A stretch of 64,000 nucleotides of DNA, from the NCBI RefSeq assembly GCF_026571515.1, contig NW_026859995.1:248001-312000 (forward strand). The letters are read 5' to 3'. Both the position numbers and the translations under genes were made by a program. Shown piece after piece: positions 1 to 12,960 of this stretch (position 1 is its first letter; each line of letters starts with the position of its first letter). The notes beneath the pieces were generated by a model. The model was not told the DNA's origin. It saw only the letters and a program-made list of their open reading frames with translations, and searched no databases. This DNA comes from Ruditapes philippinarum (taxonomy: Eukaryota).

Positions 1-165
1 GTATATATTGAGGAAACTCTAAGGTACCGTTCTGTTTATCATTGCAGGCACAAGATGGCATCCCAGTAGAACAACCGATATTTGTGTTGCCCCAGTCGCG
101 AATATAACCCACAAAGGTTTGATGTAAATGGTTCAACATCAGCCACTGGGTAAAGATACATACAC
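1..165 (-). mobile_element. Degenerate SINE in gene A intron 4 (paralogous head at ~63925-64000, +)
   Basis: The reverse complement contains tcggttgttctactgggatgcc...gtgcctg, matching the SINE core. tgtatgta...cccagtggctga...tgtgggtt is shared with the end of the window. Confidence 0.6.
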
Positions 166-504
166 TATAATCTTTTTTTTATGAAATCCTGTACACAGTT
201 AACAAATACATAGAGATCAAAACGAAATAAGTTTACCCTTTCAATGCTAAAAATTTTAAATAAAAAGTAAAATTAATATTGCGATCTCAACAAAATCATT
301 CACAATTGTTAAGAAAAATGTCAACACAATAACTGATGGAAGAAACGAACAGACCATGAACAATGGGCGTGATTGTTCGGTGTCGGCTTATATTTCTTGC
401 ACTGGTAGCATGGCAGAATATGCGTTCGCCACTATGCTAAGGGTAATATAATAGTTTGACATAGTTTCGGATCGATGCAAGCTTTATCTAAATATTTAGA
501 TTAC

Positions 505-618
505 CGTTTTCACAATGATCACCGTTGTATCCTTTTTTACAGACGCACGCGTAATAGTTGCTGCCATCCACACATTGGGCTTTCTTAGGACACGGGTTCG
601 ATTGGCACTCGTCAATAT
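505..618 (-). CDS. EGF-repeat gene A, exon 4 (Ca-binding EGF DIDECQSNPCPKKAQCVDGSNYYACVCKKGYNGDHCEN)
   Basis: 114-nt phase 1-1 exon with AG/GT sites, DIDEC start and C-x-D-x4-Y-x-C motif. No stop is reached, so the gene presumably continues left of the window. Confidence 0.92.
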
Positions 619-2248
619 CTGAAAGGGGATTACTGAAAATAACATTCGGTATAGATACGTCGACAAATAAAGGCAAGTAATACCGATATATTTCTAAAGT
701 CGATTCATATTCTTCAATACTATGAGAGCGATAAGAAACAAAACATCAAGAGGGAGATAACTTCATTATAAGAAGGGATTTTACTAGCAGAAACTGGCAA
801 AAAATATTTTCTCATTCATCAATATCTGAAGGACGATAATGAAGAATATTTGAACTAATCAACTGCAAAACTGACATGATGACCACACCTTTTCTGAGTT
901 TAAATTGTCGTATATTTAAAAGGAGATATCAAACGATAGAAACAGGAATAGAATTTCCTCTATATTTACAGAACGTAATTAAGCTGAAACATTCTATTTG
1001 AATTTGTTCATATATAAAGGGAGATAATTAATAAAATCATACGATGGAATAAACAAGAAATATTTGATACAGAATACACACACATCAATATCTAATGGAG
1101 AATAATGTACAAAATAGTTCAAAGTTAAACACGTCACTATCTTAATAAGGCTCATTTGGTTGTTCTAAGATGTTTATCTGTCTGTCTGTATCTACGTTTG
1201 CAATAATTATAAATTGAATGAGATACATTTCATAAACCATGTTTTTATTACAATAGATTTACGGAATAATTTAAGAAACAACTGTTGAAATAATTAATTA
1301 TCTATCTATTTCACAAAGTTTATCAATATTCAACAGGTCGAGGATTTGAACCCCTCTTTATCAAGAAGATTGTTGTTCAATTTCAAAAACACAACTTCTT
1401 CTTTTCTTACACTATGTTATTGAACCTACATTCATTTAAGTAATGGAAATACTACTAGTTCTTAAGGTACAGACGTAAGAAGAAGTTTGTAAGGATAAAC
1501 AACAAATTGTCACAGGCGAAGCTGACTATAAACTGTTGTTTGTCCAAGCGAACTGTCTTCTTCACGTCTGAAAGAAGACACTTTTGAAAAAATTCGAGAA
1601 ACTGTATCTGACTTATACGGCGTTTAAGTGTAAAGAACAGATAAATAGATAAGGTTAACACATTTAATGTTAAATATATCTGACTGAAATTAATTGTATA
1701 TACACGTTGAAAATATAAAACTAAAACTGACAAGAAAATATTTTAGGCCTTAAATTGTTGGGCACTTTTATTCATGAAATATATAATTTGCTAAGTTTCT
1801 TAATTCACATGCTAAACGTAAAGCAATGTTGAATGGCGTTGAATGCCGTGAAAAGTTTCTTCCTATGACGTTAAATCTTGGTACATTATCTACAAAAATA
1901 CAAAAATGCTGGGTAAGACTTTAGAAAACAATAGCATGTCAATAGAAATACTTTAACTGGCCCAAGCAGGACATCGTATATTTCAACTTTGTTAAATCCA
2001 CGTGGAAAGTAACGATTGTTTAAAAGTGTCTCCTTACAAACGACGGAAGACATATTTTGAATAGCTCCGCTAGTCGTATAATATGGTAAATGGCATAGTG
2101 TAAGATAAAAAAATATATGATTTAGAAAAGAAACAAACAGCAAACTCCTATACATGAAAAAAGAGGAGGTTACCCCCTCCCCCGAAACGTTGGAAGGTTA
2201 TAAACTTTGTGAAATAGATCGTTATGAATAATAATAATAGAAACATAC

Positions 2249-2362
2249 CAATTTCACACATATCCCCGGTGAACCCCTCTCTGCAATTACACGTGACATT
2301 ATTGGTGTATTGCACACACGAGCCCCCGTTTTTGCACGGCTTTGACGAGCAACTGACCACAT
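2249..2362 (-). CDS. EGF-repeat gene A, exon 3 (EGF-like domain DVVSCSSKPCKNGGSCVQYTNNVTCNCREGFTGDMCEI)
   Basis: 114-nt phase 1-1 exon with AG/GT sites and six-cysteine EGF spacing (Notch/fibropellin-type repeat). Confidence 0.92.
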
Positions 2363-2544
2363 CTTAATGATATAAAATATACAGCCTTTAATGGAAGCCT
2401 CATTCACTCTTTATGTGAAACTTCTTGGGTATATTTGCGCACCTCATTATGTTAACACAACCAAAACTTCGTGCCGAATCGAAAATGTAAAAGTTTTTAT
2501 TAAATCATAAACAGGTGTGAAAGGGAATTTTTTATAGCAACTAA

Positions 2545-3175
2545 GCTTATCTATCACACACTCGTGCAGCTTTTGGTTATTCCCGGATGTGACGTGACAT
2601 TTGCGTTATAAAAACATGTCGTATAGCCGCACTAATAATATTAGCGTTACACTATAAGTGCGTCAATGAAACAGCAATTCTTTTTACCTTAAAGAGTTAT
2701 TTATTTTTGATATGTAATAAAATGATTACAATACTCGTGAAGCTTCATTACTAAATTTACTGAACGTGTTGAATAGAAAGTAGATATTAAATGAGTATAT
2801 ATTCAGTACCAATTTTATTGAACTAGTTGAATGAAATAATATTCTCTGAACATAATACTATTTCATTCAACAAGTTAATTAAATCTACACGAATATAATA
2901 TTCAATTTATCACATAACCAACATAACTGTTTACAGTAAAAACAATCGGTGTTCGATATTGACGCACTTATAGTGTTACACTAAAATTTAGGGCGTGTTA
3001 ACGCTATTTTTGTAAAACGCAAATGACGTCACGTCAAAATATATGTATCGTTTTACGGAGTCGCAAAGCGGCACGAATATGTGAAATAATAATATGCTCG
3101 ACAGAGGCTCGAATTATATAATTCTATTCAACTCGTTCAATAAATTAAAAATTGACCTACACTCATTTAATATCC
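2545..3175. mobile_element. Foldback/MITE-like repeat in gene A intron 2 (homologous remnant ~57180-57370 in gene B)
   Basis: Inverted arms gtgacatttgcgtt...ttacactataagtgcgtcaat (2590-2670) and attgacgcacttatagtgttac...aacgcaaatgacgtcac (2957-3035). Confidence 0.65.
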
Positions 3176-3294
3176 CCAACACATGTCAAGAGTCAATTCT
3201 TAAAAGTCAAAGTGTACGATCTGCAGTAATGTTGAAATAAAATTTTGACTTTTCCTTTTGTATACTATAACATGTATATGATCTATGTTCATAT

Positions 3295-3328
<34 letters not shown>

Positions 3329-4784
3329 AAACAATGATTATTTTAGCATTTATTAATATACATTTACTTCGAGCCTGTTTATGTACGTGTATGCAACTAT
3401 TATCTAAATATGTGTAAATGACATAATGTGTAATTGTGAGGTGTTTGGTTAACTTAGGATGACTTTGCAAAATTAAGTTTATCACATTGTTTATCAAAAG
3501 TAATCGATACAGGGACATGATAAGCTTCGAAAACAATATGCGCTAAACAAACTTATGATGTAGTCATAATTATAAATAACACGACCAATTAAAGATAAGT
3601 TTTTCAATACTGGAGTGATTTAATAATAGATACCAGTAACTGTTGTACCTAGTGAAAATATTATTTATTGTCAATTATGTAATCAGCAAATTGATAAATA
3701 ACGCAACGCATTACATGAGTGTACGAAATAAGTAGACCTGATACTGGTTTATACGAGTTCATATCGATAGTACTGACACAATCAGAATAATTCATGTATG
3801 TTTATGCGGGTGAGGAGTGAAAAATATTTAGTTTTTTTTTCTGTTTCTTTTGCCGATTTAACACACTTTTAATACTTTGATTTCAATACTTCCATTTCTC
3901 ATAGAGCCTTATTTATGTTGTTTCTACCGACACATATCCAAGACACACGCATATATTTCAAATGTGTAGATAATTTCAAAGAAAGTGTACGAGGCAATTG
4001 CAAGCTACCGTCCATGTTCCCTAGCCTCCCTGAAAGAATGCGGTGGATTTTTCTCATGTGGAGATGATTCGTGTTCCTCAGAGCAATCATTGTGAAAATA
4101 TGACGCTGATATATGCTTAAATTATACTCAAACACTGATTTCAATTTCAAAAAGATTATAAATGAGGTTTTTTTATTACATGTGTTTTTTTTCCTCAAAT
4201 ATTTACCGAAAAAGTAATATTACAAATAAATGTTAACTATGTCCCTTTTGCGCCATCGCGACACACACACATAACTAGAAACAATGAAAATACGACACTA
4301 TGATCGTAAAAAAGTGAAATAACGAAACCAGGATGGTGAAAAAATGAATGCACGATGGTGGAAAGTGGACATTACGAAACCACGATGGCGCAAAACTCAA
4401 AATCGAAACTTGGATTTTTTAATTCCTCTCCCGTAAATATAAGGACTTGCCATGGGTTGGCATAAGAACCGTTCTAAATGTAGAACAATTTGACTTTGTT
4501 CTTATTACATTGGAAGCCTGTAGTGCAGTAAGAAGTCAGAGCTCTGGTGTTTGAATGTTTAGTCAAAATAACTAAAAACATCGTGTGTCTTTTAGAAATG
4601 ACATGAACAGTTTTTCTTAAGAAATCATCAATATATGCAAAGGGAAAGTAGTATTTGTATTTAAAAAGCAACATTCAAGATGTATCCGATTTCAAAATAT
4701 TATAGGCTAAATGCTAGGGTAAAACTAGTTATTTAAATTCAGATAAAACCGAAAATAAGAAAGTCTAGTTAATATTATTTTACA

Positions 4785-5430
4785 TGATACAGTGTCATAA
4801 ATGTAACTTATAGTGACATACAATACAATGTAAAAAATGATGATTTTAATATTACATAACTCTGCCATAAATAATAATTTTAAATAATACAGTGCCAAAA
4901 TGATGAGTTTAACATAATATAATGCAATGCAATTATATAATGTATTTACAGTAAAATAAATAATTATGTAATTATAATACGATCCCTTTTGTAACGTTAA
5001 ACAATATAACATGTACAGTTCCATTAATGATGGCAGAAAAAATGATTACGTCACAAATTGCAATATATGATGAAAATTATATAATACAGTGACATAAATG
5101 ATGATTATAATATAATACAGTGACATAAACGCTGAATATTACATAATACAGTGACATAAAAGATGATTATTATATAATACAGTGACATGAATGATGATTA
5201 TAACATAATACAGTGACATAAAATATGATTATATAATACAGTGACATAATTGATGAATATTACATAATACAGTGACATAAAAGATGATTATTTTATAATA
5301 CAGTGACATAAATGATGATTATTACATAATACAGTGACATAAATGATAATTATTACATAATACAGTGACATAAATGATGATTATTAGATAATACAGTGAC
5401 ATAAATGATGGTAATATCAAACAGTGCCAT
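4785..5430. repeat. ~31-bp minisatellite in gene A intron 2
   Basis: Unit approximately cataatacagtgacataaatgatgattatta. About 11 homogeneous copies at 5080-5410, degenerate copies to the left. Confidence 0.9.
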
Positions 5431-5738
5431 ACAGTATTGGTATAATATGATCATGATAAATGATCACTGCGAACAATGTATGGATATACGAAAGTGTACG
5501 GAATTCAGTATATCATTAATAGACAGATAGAGATACGGAAAACTTGAACAAAAAGAACATATTTTTATGAATTATGCTGTGGATAATATTTAAAGATAAT
5601 GAAAATATGACACTCATAACACTTTCCAACACAAACAGTTTTTTCATCCATCCAAAAAAAACAAAAACAAAGAAACAAAACATAATTAAACAAAACGAGC
5701 AAACAACAAAAACGGCCAAATAAAAAGCTTCAACTTAC

Positions 5739-5868
5739 CTTTATTGTTGGTTAAAGAAGGAGTATTTGTCACTTCAGAAGCACAAACGTTGCACAAAATA
5801 CCTGATAGTAGCAAATAAACCAATACAAAATATATGTACAAACAACAATATTGACCCCGGGCACGATC
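5739..5868 (-). CDS. EGF-repeat gene A, exon 2 (signal peptide/hydrophobic segment DRARGQYCCLYIYFVLVYLLLSGILCNVCASEVTNTPSLTNNK)
   Basis: Polypyrimidine tract plus AG acceptor, gtaagt donor, 130 nt, phase 0 to 1, open frame. The paralog at 53794-53923 has the same length. Confidence 0.85.
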
Positions 5869-6103
5869 CTAAAACAAAAACAAAAACTGAATTAAGAAAT
5901 AGCAAAAGTACAGTATTAAACAGAATGCAATAAGACAACTGTGTAAGTGTTTTACAGTTTGGTGTTCAACATGTGTACTTTCATTCATTAACTAAAATAA
6001 TTAACAATTCAATATCACTACTGAATATCCATACTACAAGTATATTCAACTAAGTGAATCGATACACAAAAATAAACAATAAGTATTGTTTGTAAATTGA
6101 TAC

Positions 6104-6130
6104 CTTTCGTAAAAATTCTGTTGATTCCAT
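6104..6130 (-). CDS. EGF-repeat gene A, coding exon 1 (MESTEFLRK)
   Basis: On the - strand, cagtaaaag-ATG GAA TCA ACA GAA TTT TTA CGA AAG is followed by donor gtatca. A paralogous 27-nt exon with the same flank lies at 53494-53520 (+). Confidence 0.8.
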
Positions 6131-6915
6131 CTTTTACTGATTTGAATTATCATTACAAGCCTTGTAACTGATCACAATTTTAAAAATAATCAAATAGTGA
6201 ACAAAAACAAATTATCAGTGAAACACATAAAATTCAAACCAATGTTTAAATAGGACAGGGTAGACAAAGTAAAAGCGCCGCGTAGACTGAGACTTTAGAA
6301 AAAAACATAGCAAGCTGCACTGCAACAAAGAAATGTCTGGTTATATTTTTATATATTATCAGTGTAAAGATAAACACTTACAGTCATTGTCACGTTATGA
6401 TAGAATGAAAATACAACTTGTATATTCTCTATTAAATTGGTTTGATTATATATTTTAAATTGCTTTGATAGTGAACTGGTCCACAGTGGAAAATCAGTAA
6501 CACCATTATTATACATGTAATTATGTTGTTATGTTGAAAGTATTTAACAGTCATCAGATGTGAACACCTAGTACCATGAATGCGTTTCTAATTTGCTCCA
6601 ATACTACGTATCTTCATATTAGCTTATAAATTGTTCTAGAACCACTATTATTTATCATGTATACATATATATATCCATAACAAAAAACCTTCAATCTCTG
6701 TCAATAGTTTTATTTTTTCTGATATATTTCATGTAATTATTTTTTATTGTTCTTATCAATATTTGGAATATTTGTGGAACATGTGCACATTGTAGATCAA
6801 TCCCCTATTAACTACCCTCGGTCTCAGATTTATCAATAGCGATTAAACCAGCCCTGAAAATAATTCAACGGAATTCCAGCGTATAATTGGTGAGTTTCTT
6901 TTGCTCCCATACAAC

Positions 6916-7012
6916 GATATAAATCTCGACCTGAGAAGTAAGAGATAAAGATACATATATATTTTATTTCTCTTTATCTGTTACATGTACTTCTCAGGTC
7001 GAGATTTATATC
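6916..7012. repeat. 97-bp hairpin with perfect 25-bp arms
   Basis: gatataaatctcgacctgagaagta (6916-6940) pairs with tacttctcaggtcgagatttatatc (6988-7012). The inner agataaaga/tctttatct also pairs. Confidence 0.9.
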
Positions 7013-8717
7013 TGAAGACCATTTATTTTATCCTTTTTTTCTTTATAAATATATATACTTTTAACTTTTGAAACATTGTGATCTTTATCATTTCAAATAA
7101 TATCTTATTATAATCATTTGTTTCAATCAAATGAATGAAGGCAAACAAACCAAAGCTTCTTTGAAATGAAATTTCGATCAAATAAATATTGTTTGTCTTC
7201 ATTTGATTAAAAAATAATAATGATAATAATAAAATATTATTTGAAATGCTAAAGATCACAATGTTTTAAAAGTCAAGAGTCTTGACACAACTTACATTAT
7301 ATACAATGTAATGAGCTTTGATGTGCAATGTTGGAGTAATTATGTTATAATATGAATGTTTTTTTTGCCAAATGCTATAAAATTGAATATCAAAACACAG
7401 CAACTAGATACATGTATGAAAGTCGAGTAGCATGAATGCATGAAGACATAACTTATTTTTATGGAAAGAAAATGAGAAGAAAATGTGATAAACGTATGAG
7501 ATACAGTCTTTATTCTTATACTATGACATTATAACAATGAAGTAATAAGATCTTAACTATTTATATTTATATGCGAATGTCACACGCATGCATGTTGTGC
7601 GTGATAATATCATACGGTATACGGCGGGTTGTGACAAATTCATACGTATATTTCTTACGTTTTCGAACGTTTTGTGAAAACTGAGGTTCAAAAAAGAAAT
7701 ATATTTATTTCACCATTCTTCGTCATACTACGTAATTTCATAATGACATTAAATTAGATACAATGTATATAGATCGTTGCATAATATTTCATTTTAATGT
7801 GTGTATTTAAGGTGATTCTAGAATGAAGATGATTTGTTTATTTTGTTTTAACTCATAAATAAATTTACTAAAAGAAACTCAACCGAGGTCGAAAATCCCT
7901 TAATTATAAAATTTGAATGTCTTATATATATTAGCTTGGGCACTTTAAACAGAAATATTTTACAGATAGTACAAAATACACTAAGAAATAAATTGAAAGT
8001 TGTATTTTTGTCCTATTCTTATCCAGCTATTCAGTTTTTTTTACATTTCACATTTTAAAATAAATGTTCTGGAAAAAACGGAGTGAGCGAATGACCTTCA
8101 ATTTTGCATCCACTTTATTGGTCTGGACGTACAAAAATGGAACATTAAGATCCAAAATATATTACAAGTCCAGTCATGTCAAAAACCTTCAGTGGATTCC
8201 CTTTAATATAGACAACATAGTCATTTTGAGGTTTGGAATAAATATTTACCTGCATAACGGAAGTATTATAGACAGGGTGTGGATTTATTATTTTCTGTAA
8301 AGTAAATTTCGTAGACAAAACTTACTTAGTAACTTATTATGGGGAATAAATATGCAACATAGTTTAATTGAATACCGGTAAAAGAGCTATTTTTATGTTT
8401 GCTATTTGCATCAGCTGTTGGTTGTGAATATAGAAACATTTAATATCATCTTGATTAAAAAATAAATCTACCTTATGTAAATGATTGGCATTAATAAGAT
8501 AAGATTGTATTATATCTAAGTATTTTATGAACGCATCTCTTGTGACAACTCGTTGCTAGGCGATCCAGTCAGTTCCATTTTATACATGTTAACAATTTAT
8601 ACTTTATTTGTTAAGCTGTCTTCAGGCATAATCGTAAATGATAAATCAGTCGGACTTGCAATATTTGTCAATCTCATTAATATTTGAAAGATTCATTTAC
8701 AGTATAACACAACTTGA

Positions 8718-8890
8718 GGACAGCTATCCAGCAAGCTTACGGAACGTCGGTGGTTCTACTCAGGTGCCCGTTCGTGCCTGAAATAATGCACGGAGGGGCA
8801 CCTGAGGTCTTCTTCCACCAGTAAAGCTGGAACGTCGCGATATGACCTATACTTAGTCGATGTGACGTAAAACCCAAACAAACAAACAAA
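8718..8890 (+). mobile_element. 5'-truncated SINE resembling bivalve MetaSINE-type elements
   Basis: Core ggtggttctactcaggtgccc...gcacggaggggcacctg, (AAAC)n tail, TSD AACTTGA at 8711-8717 and 8891-8897. Empty site in unit 2 near 24450. The family name is from memory. Confidence 0.85.
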
Positions 8891-9115
8891 AACTTGATAA
8901 CAAACATCAAATGTGACTGTTTCAATGGCAAGTTGCAAGTCTAAATCGCCTTTCCCGCAGTGAAAATTGGACATATATCTTATATATTGTCATATTGGTC
9001 AAATTCACAGTCTATGATAAGGTGAACAAAAAGAATTAAATTTGTTTCTTGTAAATTAATATCTGATAAAACGTAAATGTTTGCTTAAATAGCTGCTAAT
9101 AATACATGTACAACA

Positions 9116-12100
9116 GTGTATTTGTTACGGTATAAAACACTAGTGTATTTGTTACAGTATAAACACTAGTTATAAAACTCTAGACTAAGTGTATTTGTTA
9201 CGGTATAAACACTAGTGTGTGTGTATCGTCACAAAACGGGTGTATTTGTTATGGTATAAAACACTAGTGTATTTGTTATGGTATAAAATACTTGTTATAA
9301 AACTCTAGACTAAGTGTATTTGTTACGGTATAAACACTAGTGTGTGTGTATCGTCACAAAACGGGTGTATTTGTTATGGTATAAATCACTAGTTATAAAA
9401 CACTAGACTAAGTGTATTTGTAACCGTATAAACACTTGTGTTTGTAACCTTACAAAACGGGTGTATTTGTTATGGTATAAAACACTAGTTATAAAACTCT
9501 AGACTAAGTGTATTTGTTACGGTATAAACACTAGTGTGTGTGTATCGTCACAAAACGGGTGTATTTGTTATGGTATAAAACACTAGTGTATTTGTTATGG
9601 TATAAAATACTTGTTATAAAACTCTAGACTAAGTGTATTTGTTACGGTATAAACACTAGTGTGTGTGTATCGTCACAAAACGGGTGTATTTGTTATGGTA
9701 TAAAACACTTGTTATAAAACTCTAGACTAAGTGTATTTGTTACGGTATAAACACTAGTGTGTGTGTATCGTCACAAAACGGGTGTATTTGTTATGGTATA
9801 AAACACTTGTTATAAAACTCTAGACAAGTGTATTTGTTACGGTATAAACACTAGTGTGTGTGTATCGTCACAAAACGGGTGTATTTGTTACGGTATAAAC
9901 ACTTGTTATAAAACTCTAGACTAACTGTATTTGTTACGGTATAAACACTAGTGTGTGTGTATCGTCACAAAACGGGTGTATTTGTTATGGTATAAAACAC
10001 TTGTTATAAAACTCTAGACTAAGTGTATTTGTTACGGTATAAACACTAGTGTGTGTGTATCGTCACAAAACGGGTGTATTTGTTATGGTATAAAACACTT
10101 GTTATAAAACTCTAGACTAAGTGTATTTGTTACGGTATAAACACTAGTGTGTGTGTATCGTCACAAAACGGGTGTATTTGTTATGGTATAAAACACTTGT
10201 TATAAAACTCTAGACAAGTGTATTTGTTACGGTATAAACACTAGTTATAAAACTCTAGACTAAGTGTATTTGTTACGGTATAAACACTAGTGTGTGTGTA
10301 TCGTCACAAAACGGGTGTATTTGTTATGGTATAAAACACTTGTTATAAAACTCTAGACTAAGTGTATTTGTTACGGTATAAACACTAGTGTGTGTGTATC
10401 GTCACAAAACGGGTGTATTTGTTATGGTATAAAACACTTGTTATAAAACTCTAGACTAAGTGTATTTGTTACGGTATAAACACTAGTGTGTGTGTATCGT
10501 CACAAAACGGGTGTATTTGTTATGGTATAAAACACTTGTTATAAAACTCTAGACAAGTGTATTTGTTACGGTATAAACACTAGTGTGTGTGTATCGTCAC
10601 AAAACGGGTGTATTTGTTATGGTATAAAACACGTGTTATAAAACTCTAGACTAAGTGTATTTGTTACGGTATAAACACTAGTGTGTGTGTATCGTCACAA
10701 AACGGGTGTATTTGTTATGGTATAAAACACTTGTTATAAAACTCTAGACAAGTGTATTTGTTACGGTATAAACACTAGTGTATGTGTATCGTCACAAAAC
10801 GGGTGTATTTGTTATGGTATAAAACACTTGTTATAAAACACTAGACAAGTGTATTTGTTACGGTATAAACACTAGTGTGTGTGTATCGTCACAAAACGGG
10901 TGTATTTGTTATGGTATAAAACACTTGTTATAAAACTCTAGACTAAGTGTATTTGTTACGGTATAAACACTAGTGTGTGTGTATCGTCACAAAACGGGTG
11001 TATTTGTTACAGTATAAACACTAGTTATAAAACACTAGACAAGTGTATTTCTTACGGTATAAACACGTCTAGTTATAAAACACTAAACTAAGTGTATTTG
11101 TTACGGTATAAACACTAGTGTGTATGTAACGTTACAAAAGGGTGTATTTGTTATGGTATAAAACACTTGTTATAAAACTCTAGACTAAGTGTATTTGTTA
11201 CGGCATAAACACTAGTGTGTGTGTATCGTCACAAAACGGGTGTATTTGTTATGGTATAAAACACTTGTTATAAAACTCTAGACTAAGTGTATTTGTTACG
11301 GTATAAACACTAGTGTGTGTGTATCGTCACAAAACGGGTGTATTTGTTATGGTATAAAACACTTGTTATAAAACTCTAGACTAAGTGTATTTGTTACGGT
11401 ATAAACACTAGTGTGTGTGTATCGTCACAAAACGGGTGTATTTGTTATGGTATAAAACACTTGTTATAAAACTCTAGACTAAGTGTATTTGTTACGGTAT
11501 AAACACTAGTGTGTGTGTATCGTCACAAAACGGGTGTATTTGTTATGGTATAAAACACTTGTTATAAAACTCTAGACTAAGTGTATTTGTTACGGTATAA
11601 ACACTAGTGTGTGTGTATCGTCACAAAACGGGTGTATTTGTTATGGTATAAAACACTTGTTATAAAACTCTAGACTAAGTGTATTTGTTACGGTATAAAC
11701 ACTAGTGTGTGTGTATCGTCACAAAACGGGTGTATTTGTTATGGTATAAAACACTTGTTATAAAACTCTAGACTAAGTGTATTTGTTACGGTATAAACAC
11801 TAGTGTGTGTGTATCGTCACAAAACGGGTGTATTTGTTATGGTATAAAACACTTGTTATAAAACTCTAGACTAAGTGTATTTGTTACGGTATAAACATTA
11901 GTGTGTGTGTATCGTCACAAAACGGGTGTATTTGTTATGGTATAAAACACTTGTTATTAAACTCTAGACTAAGTGTATTTGTTACGGTATAAACACTAGT
12001 GTGTGTGTATCGTCACAAAACGGGTGTATTTGTTATGGTATAAAACACTTGTTATAAAACTCTAGACTAAGTGTATTTGTTACGGTATAAACACTAGTGT

Positions 12101-12960
12101 GTGTGTATCGTCACAAAACGGGTGTATTTGTTATGGTATAAAACACTTGTTATAAAACTCTAGACTAAGTGTATTTGTTACGGTATAAACACTAGTGTGT
12201 GTGTATCGTCACAAAACGGGTGTATTTGTTATGGTATAAAACACTTGTTATAAAACTCTAGACTAAGTGTATTTGTTACGGTATAAACACTAGTGTGTGT
12301 GTATCGTCACAAAACGGGTGTATTTGTTATGGTATAAAACACTTGTTATAAAACTCTAGACTAAGTGTATTTGTTACGGTATAAACACTAGTGTGTGTGT
12401 ATCGTCACAAAACGGGTGTATTTGTTATGGTATAAAACACTTGTTATAAAACTCTAGACTAAGTGTATTTGTTTACGGTATAAACACTAGTGTGTGTGTA
12501 TCGTCACAAAACGGGTGTATTTGTTATGGTATAAAACACTTGTTATAAAACTCTAGACTAAGTGTATTTGTTACGGTATAAACACTAGTGTGTGTGTATC
12601 GTCACAAAACGGGTGTATTTGTTATGGTATAAAACACTTGTTATAAAACTCTAGACTAAGTGTATTTGTTACGGTATAAACACTAGTGTGTGTGTATCGT
12701 CACAAAACGGGTGTATTTGTTATGGTATAAAACACTTGTTATAAAAACTCTAGACTAAGTGTATTTGTTACGGTATAAACACTAGTGTGTGTGTATCGTC
12801 ACAAAACGGGTGTATTTGTTATGGTATATAAAACACTTGTTATAAAACACTAAACTAAGTGTATTTGTTACGGTATAAACACTAGTGTGTATGTAACGTT
12901 ACAAAAGGGTGTATTTGTTATGGTATAAAACACTTGTGTAATTGTAACTGGATAAAACAC
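9116..12960. repeat. 98-bp tandem satellite, about 39 copies
   Basis: Unit gtgtatttgttacggtataaacactagtgtgtgtgtatcgtcacaaaacgggtgtatttgttatggtataaaacacttgttataaaactctagactaa (e.g. starts at 11581 and 11679). Near-identical copies built from ~20-27-bp subrepeats. Confidence 0.97.

Noticed and set aside
1-165. A fifth coding exon of gene A after the ttatag at ~165
   Set aside because: The phase-1 frame is not EGF-like, the sequence matches a decayed SINE, and the acceptor is not conserved in gene B.
488-676. ORF-track proteins 488-676, 2148-2360 and 63139-63468 as complete genes
   Set aside because: Only the 114-nt EGF exons are real and the rest is intron. The 63139 ORF is in a different frame from the EGF exon.
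8737-8974. ORFs at 8737 and 8756, and at 27922-28424
   Set aside because: They are translations of SINE sequence.
9116-12960. CRISPR-like array (partly palindromic ~26-bp repeats at regular spacing)
   Set aside because: The intervening sequences are identical rather than unique spacers, there are no cas genes, and the context is eukaryotic. It is a satellite.
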